A stretch of DNA of 53,469 nucleotides, taken from the NCBI GenBank assembly GCA_002391545.1, contig DGFF01000068.1, positions 653-54,121 on the forward strand, written 5' to 3'. Of this stretch, positions 44,258 to 52,597 are shown in pieces (positions within the stretch are counted from its first letter, which is position 1; each line of letters starts with the position of its first letter). A program made the translations under genes and the position numbers. Below the pieces are notes generated by a model that was not told the origin of the DNA, searched no databases, and worked only from the letters and a program-made list of their open reading frames with translations. Source of the DNA: Candidatus Fermentithermobacillaceae bacterium UBA3907 (lineage in GTDB: Bacteria > Bacillota > Sulfobacillia > Fermentithermobacillales > Fermentithermobacillaceae).

Positions 44258-45597
44258 TAGGAAAAGAAGATGCCTTTAAAGTTTTGGATAGGGTGCTTTC
44301 TTATGGCGAGGGAGTAGATATTGCCGCCCACCTAACTTCAGAGGACATTAGCCTTACTAGGTATGCGCGGAATCAGATTCACCAGAATCTGAGACGGGAA
44401 AACTGCCATTTGACAGTTACAGCGGTAAAGGGTAAGAAGGTTGGCGCAGCGTCTACCAATCTATTGGATGAACGGTCCTTGCGTTGGGTAGTTGAACAAG
44501 CTAAAGAAAGTATGGAACTTGCTCAAGAGGATCCAGACCTGCCCCCTCTTTTCCGAGCTGAACCTGCGGCTCCAATAAATACGTATGTGCCTTACACTGC
44601 CCAGATGACTCCTTCAGAAAGAGCTTTAGGTTGTGGTGCAGTTATTTCGGCGGCTCAAAAGGAAGGTATTCTGGCCTCAGGCACTTATTCTACATTGGTT
44701 AGGGAAACGGTAGTTGCCAATACGCCTGGCACCAGGGCGTACAACGTTGCCACAGAAGCGTTTTTCAAGACTGTTGTAGAATCGGGAGACAACACTGGAT
44801 ATGCTGATAGGCTTGTGAGAGATGCAAGAGATATTGATTATGACCAAGTAGCCAGGGAAGCAGTTGAACGAGCCCTCCTTTTCGATGAACCTGTGGATTT
44901 AAAGCCTGGGAGATACGATACTATTTTCCTAGAATATGCTGTGGCCGATTTAATCCGTTTCCTGGGTTATGTTGCGTTCAGTGCTGCCGCAAAGCAGCGG
45001 GGTACCAGTTTTATGGCTACGAAAATGGGACAGAAGGTCATGGGTGATAATGTCACTATGTGGGACGATGGCATGGATACTAGGGGATTTGCGTCTCCCT
45101 TTGATGCTGAAGGTGTTCCTAGGGAAAAGGTGGTATTCATAGACAAAGGAGTAGCTACGGGTGTAGTTTACGATACTAGAACTGCAGCCAAAGACGGTGT
45201 TACTTCTACAGGGCACGCGACTTCAGTTCTAGGCAGGTCCCAACCTATGCCCCACAACATGTTTATGGCTACAGGAGATTCTTCTTTGGAAGATATGATT
45301 CTATCCACAGAGAAAGGTGTCTTAGTAACCCGGTTCCATTACACTCATTGCCCTGAACCCATGAGGGTCGTTGCGACTGGTACTACCAGAGATGGTACAT
45401 TTCTCATAGAAGATGGACAATTGGTTGCTAGAGTCCACAATTTACGTTTTACCGAGTCTATGCTCGATGCTTTTTCTAACGTCGAAGCTATATCTAAAGA
45501 CGCTAGAGTGGTTAAGGACTGGTGGAGCACTTTTATTTCAGTTTTTCCTGCGGTTAAAATAAAAGATTTCAATTTTACAGGTTCTACTACGTTCTAG
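44254..45597 (+). CDS. pmbA: PmbA/TldE family protein
   Basis: Homologous to TldD-fold proteins but lacks the HExxxH motif. ATG 44254 forms an ATGA overlap with the tldD stop. The listed extension to 44140 overlaps tldD. Confidence 0.82.
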   Translation: MIGKEDAFKVLDRVLSYGEGVDIAAHLTSEDISLTRYARNQIHQNLRRENCHLTVTAVKGKKVGAASTNLLDERSLRWVVEQAKESMELAQEDPDLPPLFRAEPAAPINTYVPYTAQMTPSERALGCGAVISAAQKEGILASGTYSTLVRETVVANTPGTRAYNVATEAFFKTVVESGDNTGYADRLVRDARDIDYDQVAREAVERALLFDEPVDLKPGRYDTIFLEYAVADLIRFLGYVAFSAAAKQRGTSFMATKMGQKVMGDNVTMWDDGMDTRGFASPFDAEGVPREKVVFIDKGVATGVVYDTRTAAKDGVTSTGHATSVLGRSQPMPHNMFMATGDSSLEDMILSTEKGVLVTRFHYTHCPEPMRVVATGTTRDGTFLIEDGQLVARVHNLRFTESMLDAFSNVEAISKDARVVKDWWSTFISVFPAVKIKDFNFTGSTTF

Positions 45598-45608
45598 AAG
45601 CAAAAATG

Positions 45609-45648
45609 AGGGCGGTTGGAAAATTATATGCCACCGCCCTTTGTTTTA
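45609..45648. terminator. bidirectional rho-independent terminator between pmbA and the convergent amidase gene
   Basis: AGGGCGGT(T)GG (45609-45619) pairs with CCACCGCCCT (45631-45640), with one bulged T. TTGTTTTA follows on the plus strand, and the minus strand has a CATTTTTG-type run. Confidence 0.8.
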
Positions 45649-45656
45649 TCTCAAAT

Positions 45657-47897
45657 TTATCTAGAAGTTCCAGGTGTAAAGTATGCTTGAAGAGCATTGA
45701 AAATTCCTCGAGCTGCGGCTTCTTGAATGTTTGCTTGCTTCAGCAGCTGCTCTTCTCTAGGATTTGAAAGATACATAACTTCCACTAGGATGGAAGGACA
45801 CTGGGCTTCTCTGTTTACAAAAAAGTTGGCATTCCTAATTCCCCTGCTGTAAGTGCCTAAACTCTTCGTAACTTCTTTCTGCATCAGTTGGGCAAGCCTT
45901 TTAGATTCAGATACGTTTAAGGTGTTTTCACATACGTAGGTAGTGGTGCCACAGATGGACTTATCGTTATGGGCGTCGTTATGTATTGAAACGAACACAT
46001 GGGCTTTAGATGACCATGCTGTCCTTTTAGCCAGATCCCCTGAGTATTCATCTATATCTGGCTTCCAATCTTCAGGCGCAGTGGCTGCCTCATAAGGCCC
46101 TGATCGGGTCATAATAACGGTAGATCCTGCATCTTCTAAGAGTTTTTTGAGTCTTATCGCTATCTCCCAGTTAGCCACCCGCTCAGAGTATCCTGTAGGT
46201 CCTATTGCACCTGGATCGCTGCCGCCGTGGCCAGGATCAATCACAACAACTTTTCCTTCTAGACCTGGGTTGTGGAAAATAGCTTCTACGGAATTTGGAT
46301 TCTTTTTAAGAAGATATGAAGCGCCTTGAGACGCATCTAGCGATAAAGTCACTCCGTCTTTTCCAGAGGAAACGTTTGTCGCTTTAACTAGGTTACCCTG
46401 GATTTGAGACAATTCTCCTGAATACGATGCCCCTGGCAAAAACATGTCGACTGTAGAACCGTTTCTGTACATAGTTGGCCAAGCATAACCCAGGGTGTTG
46501 ACCTGTAACGCTTCTCCATCGTCCCGGGGTTCAATGGTTACAGATGTAATAACAGGTGAAAACACCATAACCAGTTTGCCTGGGCTTTGTTCCTTTACCA
46601 TATATGAAGGTTTTTCCTGAAATTTTACGATAACATTGTTTCCTTCAATTCTTACGCTTTCAAATTCGCAGAAGTTTATGTCTAGCCTGCCTGAGGCGCC
46701 AAAGGATGTGGAAGCAGAAATTTTAATAGAATTATCCTCTTCGTTGGGGGTAATCGTCGCAGATTGGAATGGACCTTGCACTGTAAATACCCGAACGCTA
46801 GAGCTTGTGTCTAGGGAAACTGAGAAACTAGGTCCCTTTCCTGGGTTTCCAATAGTTAGCCAAGAAGCGATCCACCCTACTATGCCTTTAGGCGATATAC
46901 ATTTTATCCATTGACCTTGAGTTTCAAGAACCCTAAGAGAGTCACCTTTTTGAACCATGGATATTACAGGGTAATTGGTTCCTGGTCCAGCACGGAAGTT
47001 AACGTCAGTCGCGTTTACACTGATGGTATTGTATTTGCCTATGGACCACGAAGATTCAGACACGCCAAAAGATAGCGTTGGATCGGTTACACACGTTATA
47101 ACTGTATCTGGACCGTAAACCCATCCCCTTGCTCCCCGCGAGGTTTGAACAGCTATCCATGCTCCTTTAGATGTTATGTACTTGGCTGAATCCCCACTCT
47201 TCAGCGTAGCAATGGTTCCTGAGCCTTTTAGGGGATGCTGATAAACTGTAACAGACTGCCCCCGAGGTCTGACCATCATATCTCCTACAACCTTGTCTGT
47301 TTGTTCAATAGACGGTAGTTCCAACTGGAGCAAATCAGATCGCACCCATCCAGATTTTCCGTTGCCAATGGAAAACCTAACCCAGCTACCTTTGCCCTCT
47401 TTATCTCCCCTTCGGGCTTCAGCGAAATAGGTGTTGCCCCTTTGAGTTACTCCGATTACAGGGTAGCTGATGCCCGGTCCTTGGCGTATATTCACGTCTG
47501 TTTTAGTAATAACTGCCTTTATGTTGTAAGAAGTAAGGTCTATGTCTACCAGCCAGTCGGCTATCCACGCTTCTTGATTTTTATACCTAACTTTTAGCCA
47601 GTTGTCTTGGGTTGTTAGTATGTCTAACCAGGTTCCTTGTAAAACTAATCCGATAGATGAGTGCTCAGTCCCTGGGCCTGTCCTTAAGTTACACGCGTCT
47701 CCAACTACTATTCCTTTGAACCCTGCAAAGTCTTGCGGTATTGACGCTGCTTGAGACGCCATGAGTGTGGGAGTTAACGTGAGGGTTGTAGTTGATACTA
47801 TGCAAGCGATCAGAACTAAGAGGAGAATTTTTGGCGTCCGCGTTTTCTTAGAGCGTACTGTGGCATTGGGATAAAAAGGCAAATTGAGTTTTTTCAT
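45657..47897 (-). CDS. N-acetylmuramoyl-L-alanine amidase (Amidase_3) with signal anchor and four SH3b domains
   Basis: The C-terminus has VVVIDPGHGGSDPGAIG...VSIHNDA. The N-terminal TM is ILLLVLIACIVS. Repeated SH3b-like units are present (CNLRTGPGTEHS, VNIRQGPGISYP, VNFRAGPGTNYP). Confidence 0.85.
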   Translation of the reverse strand: MKKLNLPFYPNATVRSKKTRTPKILLLVLIACIVSTTTLTLTPTLMASQAASIPQDFAGFKGIVVGDACNLRTGPGTEHSSIGLVLQGTWLDILTTQDNWLKVRYKNQEAWIADWLVDIDLTSYNIKAVITKTDVNIRQGPGISYPVIGVTQRGNTYFAEARRGDKEGKGSWVRFSIGNGKSGWVRSDLLQLELPSIEQTDKVVGDMMVRPRGQSVTVYQHPLKGSGTIATLKSGDSAKYITSKGAWIAVQTSRGARGWVYGPDTVITCVTDPTLSFGVSESSWSIGKYNTISVNATDVNFRAGPGTNYPVISMVQKGDSLRVLETQGQWIKCISPKGIVGWIASWLTIGNPGKGPSFSVSLDTSSSVRVFTVQGPFQSATITPNEEDNSIKISASTSFGASGRLDINFCEFESVRIEGNNVIVKFQEKPSYMVKEQSPGKLVMVFSPVITSVTIEPRDDGEALQVNTLGYAWPTMYRNGSTVDMFLPGASYSGELSQIQGNLVKATNVSSGKDGVTLSLDASQGASYLLKKNPNSVEAIFHNPGLEGKVVVIDPGHGGSDPGAIGPTGYSERVANWEIAIRLKKLLEDAGSTVIMTRSGPYEAATAPEDWKPDIDEYSGDLAKRTAWSSKAHVFVSIHNDAHNDKSICGTTTYVCENTLNVSESKRLAQLMQKEVTKSLGTYSRGIRNANFFVNREAQCPSILVEVMYLSNPREEQLLKQANIQEAAARGIFNALQAYFTPGTSR

Positions 47898-47990
47898 AGA
47901 TACTAACCTCGCACATATTCTATGCCGTAGACTTCAAGTTCATATCTTCTGTTTAAGACGGTATTAACCCTGCAAATGTTCCAAAATTAA

Positions 47991-48040
47991 GTCAAGCCAC
48001 AACTATTACAATACTGTGAGCTGCGGCTTGACCTTTTTTT
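47991..48040 (-). terminator. possible terminator downstream of nifU
   Basis: GTCAAGCC (47991-47998) pairs with GGCTTGAC (48025-48032) around a long 26-nt loop. T/A-rich runs sit on both sides. The large loop lowers confidence. Confidence 0.35.
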
Positions 48041-48440
48041 ACTCGTGGATGCCTTCTTCAGCCACTTGAACCTTGCCCGTTTTTTCATAGTAGTCTTTAA
48101 TGGCCATGTGTACTGCATCGGCTGCTAGGTTTGAGCAATGCATTTTCTGTGGAGGCAACCCTTCCAGAGCTTCTGCAACAGTTTTGTTGGATATCTCTAA
48201 AGCTTCGTCTAGGGTCTTTCCTTTGACAAGTTCAGTTACCATCGAACTGGTAGCGATGGCCGCGCCGCAGCCGAAAGTCTTGAACTTAATGTCTTCAATT
48301 CTTCCGTCTTTTACTTTTATGGTGATCTTCATGACATCGCCGCATACTGGGTTTCCGACTAGCCCTACCCCATCTGGATTCTCAATTTCGCCTACGTTTC
48401 TTGGGTTCATGAAGTGGTCCATAACCTTTTCGTTGTACAT
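48039..48440 (-). CDS. nifU: Fe-S cluster assembly scaffold NifU/IscU
   Basis: GNPVCGD, FKTFGCGAAIATSS and MHCSNLA cysteine motifs. Confidence 0.93.
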   Translation of the reverse strand: MYNEKVMDHFMNPRNVGEIENPDGVGLVGNPVCGDVMKITIKVKDGRIEDIKFKTFGCGAAIATSSMVTELVKGKTLDEALEISNKTVAEALEGLPPQKMHCSNLAADAVHMAIKDYYEKTGKVQVAEEGIHE

Positions 48441-48468
48441 ATATATCCCACCTTAGCATTAATACAGT

Positions 48469-49647
48469 TTAATTGCCAAATACAGACATTGCCCGAAGTT
48501 TTTCTACTATGGGCGGCAATACTTCTAGAACATAATCTATGTCTTCCTTTGTGTTAGACCTTCCCAATGTCATCCTCAATGAACCGTGGGCGGTTTCATG
48601 AGGAATTTTCATCGCTAAAAGCACGTGAGAAGGTTCAAGAGAACCTGATGTACAGGCTGAGCCAGATGAAGCTCCGATGCCAAATAAGTCTAAGTTGAGC
48701 AGTATTGCCTCACCTTCCACATATTTGACGCTAATATTTGCATTATGAGGTAATCTTTTTTCAGGGTGTCCGTTTAGCACAGTATCTGGGATCGTGTTAA
48801 GAATACCGTTTATGAGTCTGTCACGCAGCTCCCTTAGTCTTTTAGACTCCTCGGGCATTTCTTGCTGGGCAAGTCGACAAGCTTCGCCAAAACCTACGAT
48901 GCCTGGAACATTCTCTGTTCCTGCCCGAAGTCTTCGCTCATGGATGCCCCCAGTAACTTGGGGTTTTATCTTGGTTCCTTTCCTCACATAAAGAGCGCCT
49001 ACTCCCTTGGGCCCATATATTTTGTGGCTTGAGATTGTGAGCAAATCCACCCCCATGGCATCAACGTTTACAGGAATTTTACCTAAGCTCTGCACTGCAT
49101 CTGAGTGAAATATTATGTTTCGTTCTCGAGCAATTTTCCCGATTTCTTCTACGGGCTGGATTGTTCCTACTTCGTTTTGTCCGTGCATAATCGATATGAG
49201 AATGGTTTCATCTGTGATCGCTTTTCTAACGTCATCTGGATCGATCATCCCGTACTCATCGCACGGAACATAAGTCACCTTGAATCCTTGCTTGGCCAAG
49301 TCTTGAAACGTGTTCAAAACTGCATGATGTTCAATTTGGCTGGTTATTAAGTGGTTTCCTTTGTCTTTCAGCGATTGGGCAACGCCTCTTATGGCGAGGT
49401 TATCTGCTTCAGTCCCGCCAGATGTAAAAATTATCTCTTGAGGGTTAGCGCCTATAGCCGAAGCTATTTGTTCGCGGGCGGCATCTACTGCAACCCGGGC
49501 TTCACGTCCCCAACTGTGTATGCTTGACGGATTTCCGAACTTATCGGCAAAATATGGCAACATAGCCGCGAGAACTTCTGCTCGCACAGGAGTTGTGGCA
49601 GAATGGTCCAGGTACACGAGCCTACGGGCGTTGGAGTGAGTGTTCAT
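48469..49647 (-). CDS. nifS: cysteine desulfurase NifS/IscS
   Basis: PLP-lysine region SSHKIYGPKGVGALYV and active-site loop SSGSACTSG. Confidence 0.93.
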   Translation of the reverse strand: MNTHSNARRLVYLDHSATTPVRAEVLAAMLPYFADKFGNPSSIHSWGREARVAVDAAREQIASAIGANPQEIIFTSGGTEADNLAIRGVAQSLKDKGNHLITSQIEHHAVLNTFQDLAKQGFKVTYVPCDEYGMIDPDDVRKAITDETILISIMHGQNEVGTIQPVEEIGKIARERNIIFHSDAVQSLGKIPVNVDAMGVDLLTISSHKIYGPKGVGALYVRKGTKIKPQVTGGIHERRLRAGTENVPGIVGFGEACRLAQQEMPEESKRLRELRDRLINGILNTIPDTVLNGHPEKRLPHNANISVKYVEGEAILLNLDLFGIGASSGSACTSGSLEPSHVLLAMKIPHETAHGSLRMTLGRSNTKEDIDYVLEVLPPIVEKLRAMSVFGN

Positions 49648-50089
49648 GACTCTTTTCTCCTTTCAGGTTTTCTATTTCGTCTGTGTCTTCAAGCAAATCC
49701 TGCAGAGTTATGGAATGTAAAACATCATTGATGGCTGTAGTTACTTCACGCCATACTAATTTCGCTTTGCAGTCTGGAGGTCCTTTGCAGCTAGAGAAGT
49801 CTTCCATGGCGCATTTAACCGGAGCCACGGGCCCTTCTACGATGGTTATAATGTCGCCAATGGTTATTTGGCTTGCAGGCTTTGCTAGTTTATAGCCGCC
49901 GCCGAAGCCTCTTTTGCTTTCGACTAGGTTGTGATCCCTCAGGGGTTTTACAATCTGCTCCAAGTAGCCATAGGAAATATTTTGAGTAGAGGAAATCTCC
50001 GCCAGCGACGTTAGATTGTTTCCTCCTTGGGCTAATTGGAACATCATCAATACTGCATAACGACCTTTTGTGGAAATCGAAAAGGACAC
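49622..50089 (-). CDS. Rrf2 family transcriptional regulator (IscR/CymR-like)
   Basis: STKGRYAVLMM...ISYGYLEQIVKPL winged-helix N-terminus. C-terminal cysteines (PVKCAMEDFSSCKGPPDC) suggest an Fe-S ligand set. It lies upstream of nifS-nifU. Confidence 0.88.
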   Translation of the reverse strand: MSFSISTKGRYAVLMMFQLAQGGNNLTSLAEISSTQNISYGYLEQIVKPLRDHNLVESKRGFGGGYKLAKPASQITIGDIITIVEGPVAPVKCAMEDFSSCKGPPDCKAKLVWREVTTAINDVLHSITLQDLLEDTDEIENLKGEKSHEHSLQRP

Positions 50090-50112
50090 CTAATTCACCT
50101 CGAATTCCATAC

Positions 50113-50143
50113 CATTAATCCTATTATTGTACTAGGATTAATG
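50113..50143. promoter_or_regulatory. 11-bp perfect inverted repeat, candidate Rrf2 operator
   Basis: CATTAATCCTA (50113-50123), a 9-nt spacer, then TAGGATTAATG (50133-50143). It lies 24-54 nt upstream of the Rrf2 gene start. Confidence 0.6.
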
Positions 50144-50151
50144 TGAGTCAA
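50123..50151 (-). promoter_or_regulatory. putative promoter of the iscR-nifS-nifU operon
   Basis: On the minus strand: TTGACT (plus 50146-50151), a 17-nt spacer, then AATAAT (plus 50123-50128). The RBS GAGGTGA and a GTG start at 50089 follow. Confidence 0.5.
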
Positions 50152-50250
50152 GAAGGTTTTGCAGACTTAGACATGAAATGCGTGATAAAGGTATTATATA
50201 TGAGAACATAGAATATATATCAAACTTCAACAGCATAGTGAGGGATCAGC

Positions 50251-51699
50251 GTGACTATTGATGAGAAATCGTTGAGAGAGATAATAAACCGCCTCGAGAA
50301 CGAAGTTGCAAGGCGACCGAAGGACATAGCGACCAGGCTGCAGTTGGCGTTGTCTTATATGCAACTGGGAGATATTGAAAACGCTAAAGAGCACCTTCTG
50401 AAGGTTATCGAGCTAGATAAACGCAATGTAGAAGCGTATTACTACCTCGGAATTGCTTTGGCCGATGCAGAACAACTAGATGAAGCCAAAGCTGCATGGG
50501 AGAAAGTTCTGTCCATAGATAAAAACCACAATCAATCTCTGTACTTCTTGGGAAAGATCCATGCGCTTGAGGGTGATATTGATGGTGCCATTTCTCTGAC
50601 TGAAAGAGCGCGCAATTCACGACCTGGGAACATATTGGCCCATGCTCAGCTAGGCGAACTTTATCTGGCTAAAGGGAAGGTAAAAGAGTCTCTGTTAGAA
50701 TGGGACGAGGTGCTTAAACGTGATCCATCGAACATTCAGGCCCTGCATAACATAGGCGCCATATATACGGATCTTCAGATGTACGACGAAGCTCTTGAAA
50801 TCCTTGAAAGGGCTGAACGGCTCGGCTCAGATGATCCGCTGATCCATTTCAATAAAGGATTATGCTACATGGGTAAACAAGACTACGCCAAGGCTATTGA
50901 ATCTCTAGAGAAGGCTAAAGAACGAGAACCTGAAAACATATACACCATGACTATTCTTGGGGAAGCCTACGCCATGACTGGAGATATGGACGCGGCTATA
51001 AGCGAGTGGGAAGAAGTCATCTCCATAAAGCCTGATGATTTGTACGCTACGTACAATTTAGGGTTGGCTTTCTTCCAAAAGGGTGAGAGAGACAAAGCCG
51101 TTGAAATGTGGAAAAAGTGCATCATGATCAATCCCGGCTACATTTTGGCTCGCCAGAGGCTAGCGGATTGCTACATCATGGAAGAAGATTATGAAAAAGC
51201 TATTTACCAGTGGGAACAGATAAGAATTGTAGATTCAAAATCCCCGTACCCAATAATGGTTTTGGCCGATTTGAATTACAGAGCAGGTAACCTTGAAGAA
51301 GCGAAAAAATTGATTGAAGAAGTTTTGGATATGCAACGAAGCAAGGAACCTAAAGAGATCGAAGAGAGAAAGTTCAGGTCAGATTGTGAATTTCTATATG
51401 GGACAGTGCTCTTGGCCCAGGGCAATGCGAGGGAAGGACTTAAGCGCTGGGTAGCAGCCATGAGGTATAATCCCAATTTCGCTCTTGAATCAGGGGGATT
51501 TATTTCCCGTGCAATTTGGCCAGAACTCCTCCAATTTGCCAAGGACAACGCCAAGACTGAGGACGAAAGGAAGGTAACCAGTCTGGTTGGAAGTTTCGTT
51601 AAAAAGGGTACCGAGCCTCCTCGTGGCTTAGACAGAATTCCAGGTTCTCCCGAAACTAGAAAGGAAGGCTCCAGGTGGCATCGACCGGAAAAGAAATGA
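50251..51699 (+). CDS. tetratricopeptide (TPR) repeat protein
   Basis: Repeated 34-aa TPR-like units (e.g. AYYYLGIALADAEQLDEAKAAWEKVLSIDKNH, ALHNIGAIYTDLQMYDEALEILERA, ATYNLGLAFFQKGERDKAVEMWKKCIMINP). Confidence 0.85.
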   Translation: MTIDEKSLREIINRLENEVARRPKDIATRLQLALSYMQLGDIENAKEHLLKVIELDKRNVEAYYYLGIALADAEQLDEAKAAWEKVLSIDKNHNQSLYFLGKIHALEGDIDGAISLTERARNSRPGNILAHAQLGELYLAKGKVKESLLEWDEVLKRDPSNIQALHNIGAIYTDLQMYDEALEILERAERLGSDDPLIHFNKGLCYMGKQDYAKAIESLEKAKEREPENIYTMTILGEAYAMTGDMDAAISEWEEVISIKPDDLYATYNLGLAFFQKGERDKAVEMWKKCIMINPGYILARQRLADCYIMEEDYEKAIYQWEQIRIVDSKSPYPIMVLADLNYRAGNLEEAKKLIEEVLDMQRSKEPKEIEERKFRSDCEFLYGTVLLAQGNAREGLKRWVAAMRYNPNFALESGGFISRAIWPELLQFAKDNAKTEDERKVTSLVGSFVKKGTEPPRGLDRIPGSPETRKEGSRWHRPEKK

Positions 51700-52535
51700 C
51701 ACCAATCCAAATGTTCGATGATATTGAGGTTATCGGGCTTATAGGGCCTAGTGGAACCGGCAAATCCCATCATGCCATGGGGGTTGCCCAGGAGCATGAT
51801 TGCGATGCAATTGTTGACGATGGTCTTTTGATTGTGGGGTCTAGAATTGTAGCAGGTAGGTCTGCAAAAAGGGAAGAAACTAAACTAGCCGCGGTCAGAA
51901 GAGCAGTTTTTACCTCTCCTTCTCACGCAGTAGAAGTCCGTGGAGCCATTGCAGAATTTAGGCCTAAGCGGATCTTGGTTTTGGGTACTTCTCTGTCTAT
52001 GGTGGAAAGGATAGTGGAAAGACTGGGGCTGCCTTACCCTTGCGAAATTTTGGATATAAGAGATCTGAAGAGCGAAGAAGAAGTAACAGAAGCTCTTAGA
52101 CACCGTAAGCAGGAGGGTAAACATGTTATACCTGCTCCTACTTTCGAGGTAAAAAAGACGTTCTCTGGTTACTTGGTAGATCCTCTGCAGATATTTGTGA
52201 GGTCTCGAGAAGAAAAGCCGGCTATTGTAGAAAGAAGCGTTGTAAGACCTACCTACAGCTATTTTGGCAATTTCTATATTGCAGATAATGTAGTAATGCA
52301 CATAGCTTCCGAGATATGTTATGAGTTCCCTGAGGTGAGAAAGGTACTGAGAACGCTAGTGATTAACACAAGTGGAGGTGCCAACTTACAGGTTGAACTG
52401 GCTCTAGCCTACGGGGTAGATGTGTTTTCTGTCATGAAGCAAGTGCAAACCAAATTGAAGGAGAAGGTAGAGTATCTTACAGGGATTTACCTGGTTAGCG
52501 TTGATGTGGTTACAAGGAAAATCAGTTTAGAATAG
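51696..52535 (+). CDS. fusion protein: HprK-like P-loop domain + Asp23/Gls24-like domain
   Basis: N-terminus IGLIGPSGTGKSHHAMGVAQEHDCDAIVDDGLLIV (Walker A followed by a DD motif, as in the HPr kinase core). The C-terminus YIADNVVMHIASEICYEFPEV...GANLQVELALAYGVDVFSVMKQVQTKLKEKVEYLTGIYLVSVDVVTRKI resembles Asp23. ATG 51696 forms an ATGA overlap with the TPR gene stop. GTG 51675 is an alternative start. Confidence 0.6.
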   Translation: MTPIQMFDDIEVIGLIGPSGTGKSHHAMGVAQEHDCDAIVDDGLLIVGSRIVAGRSAKREETKLAAVRRAVFTSPSHAVEVRGAIAEFRPKRILVLGTSLSMVERIVERLGLPYPCEILDIRDLKSEEEVTEALRHRKQEGKHVIPAPTFEVKKTFSGYLVDPLQIFVRSREEKPAIVERSVVRPTYSYFGNFYIADNVVMHIASEICYEFPEVRKVLRTLVINTSGGANLQVELALAYGVDVFSVMKQVQTKLKEKVEYLTGIYLVSVDVVTRKISLE

Positions 52536-52597
52536 TGTGGAGATTAGATGAAAAGGGCGGGTTTGCAGGTGTAACATGCGAGTAAGGGAGGGAGACC

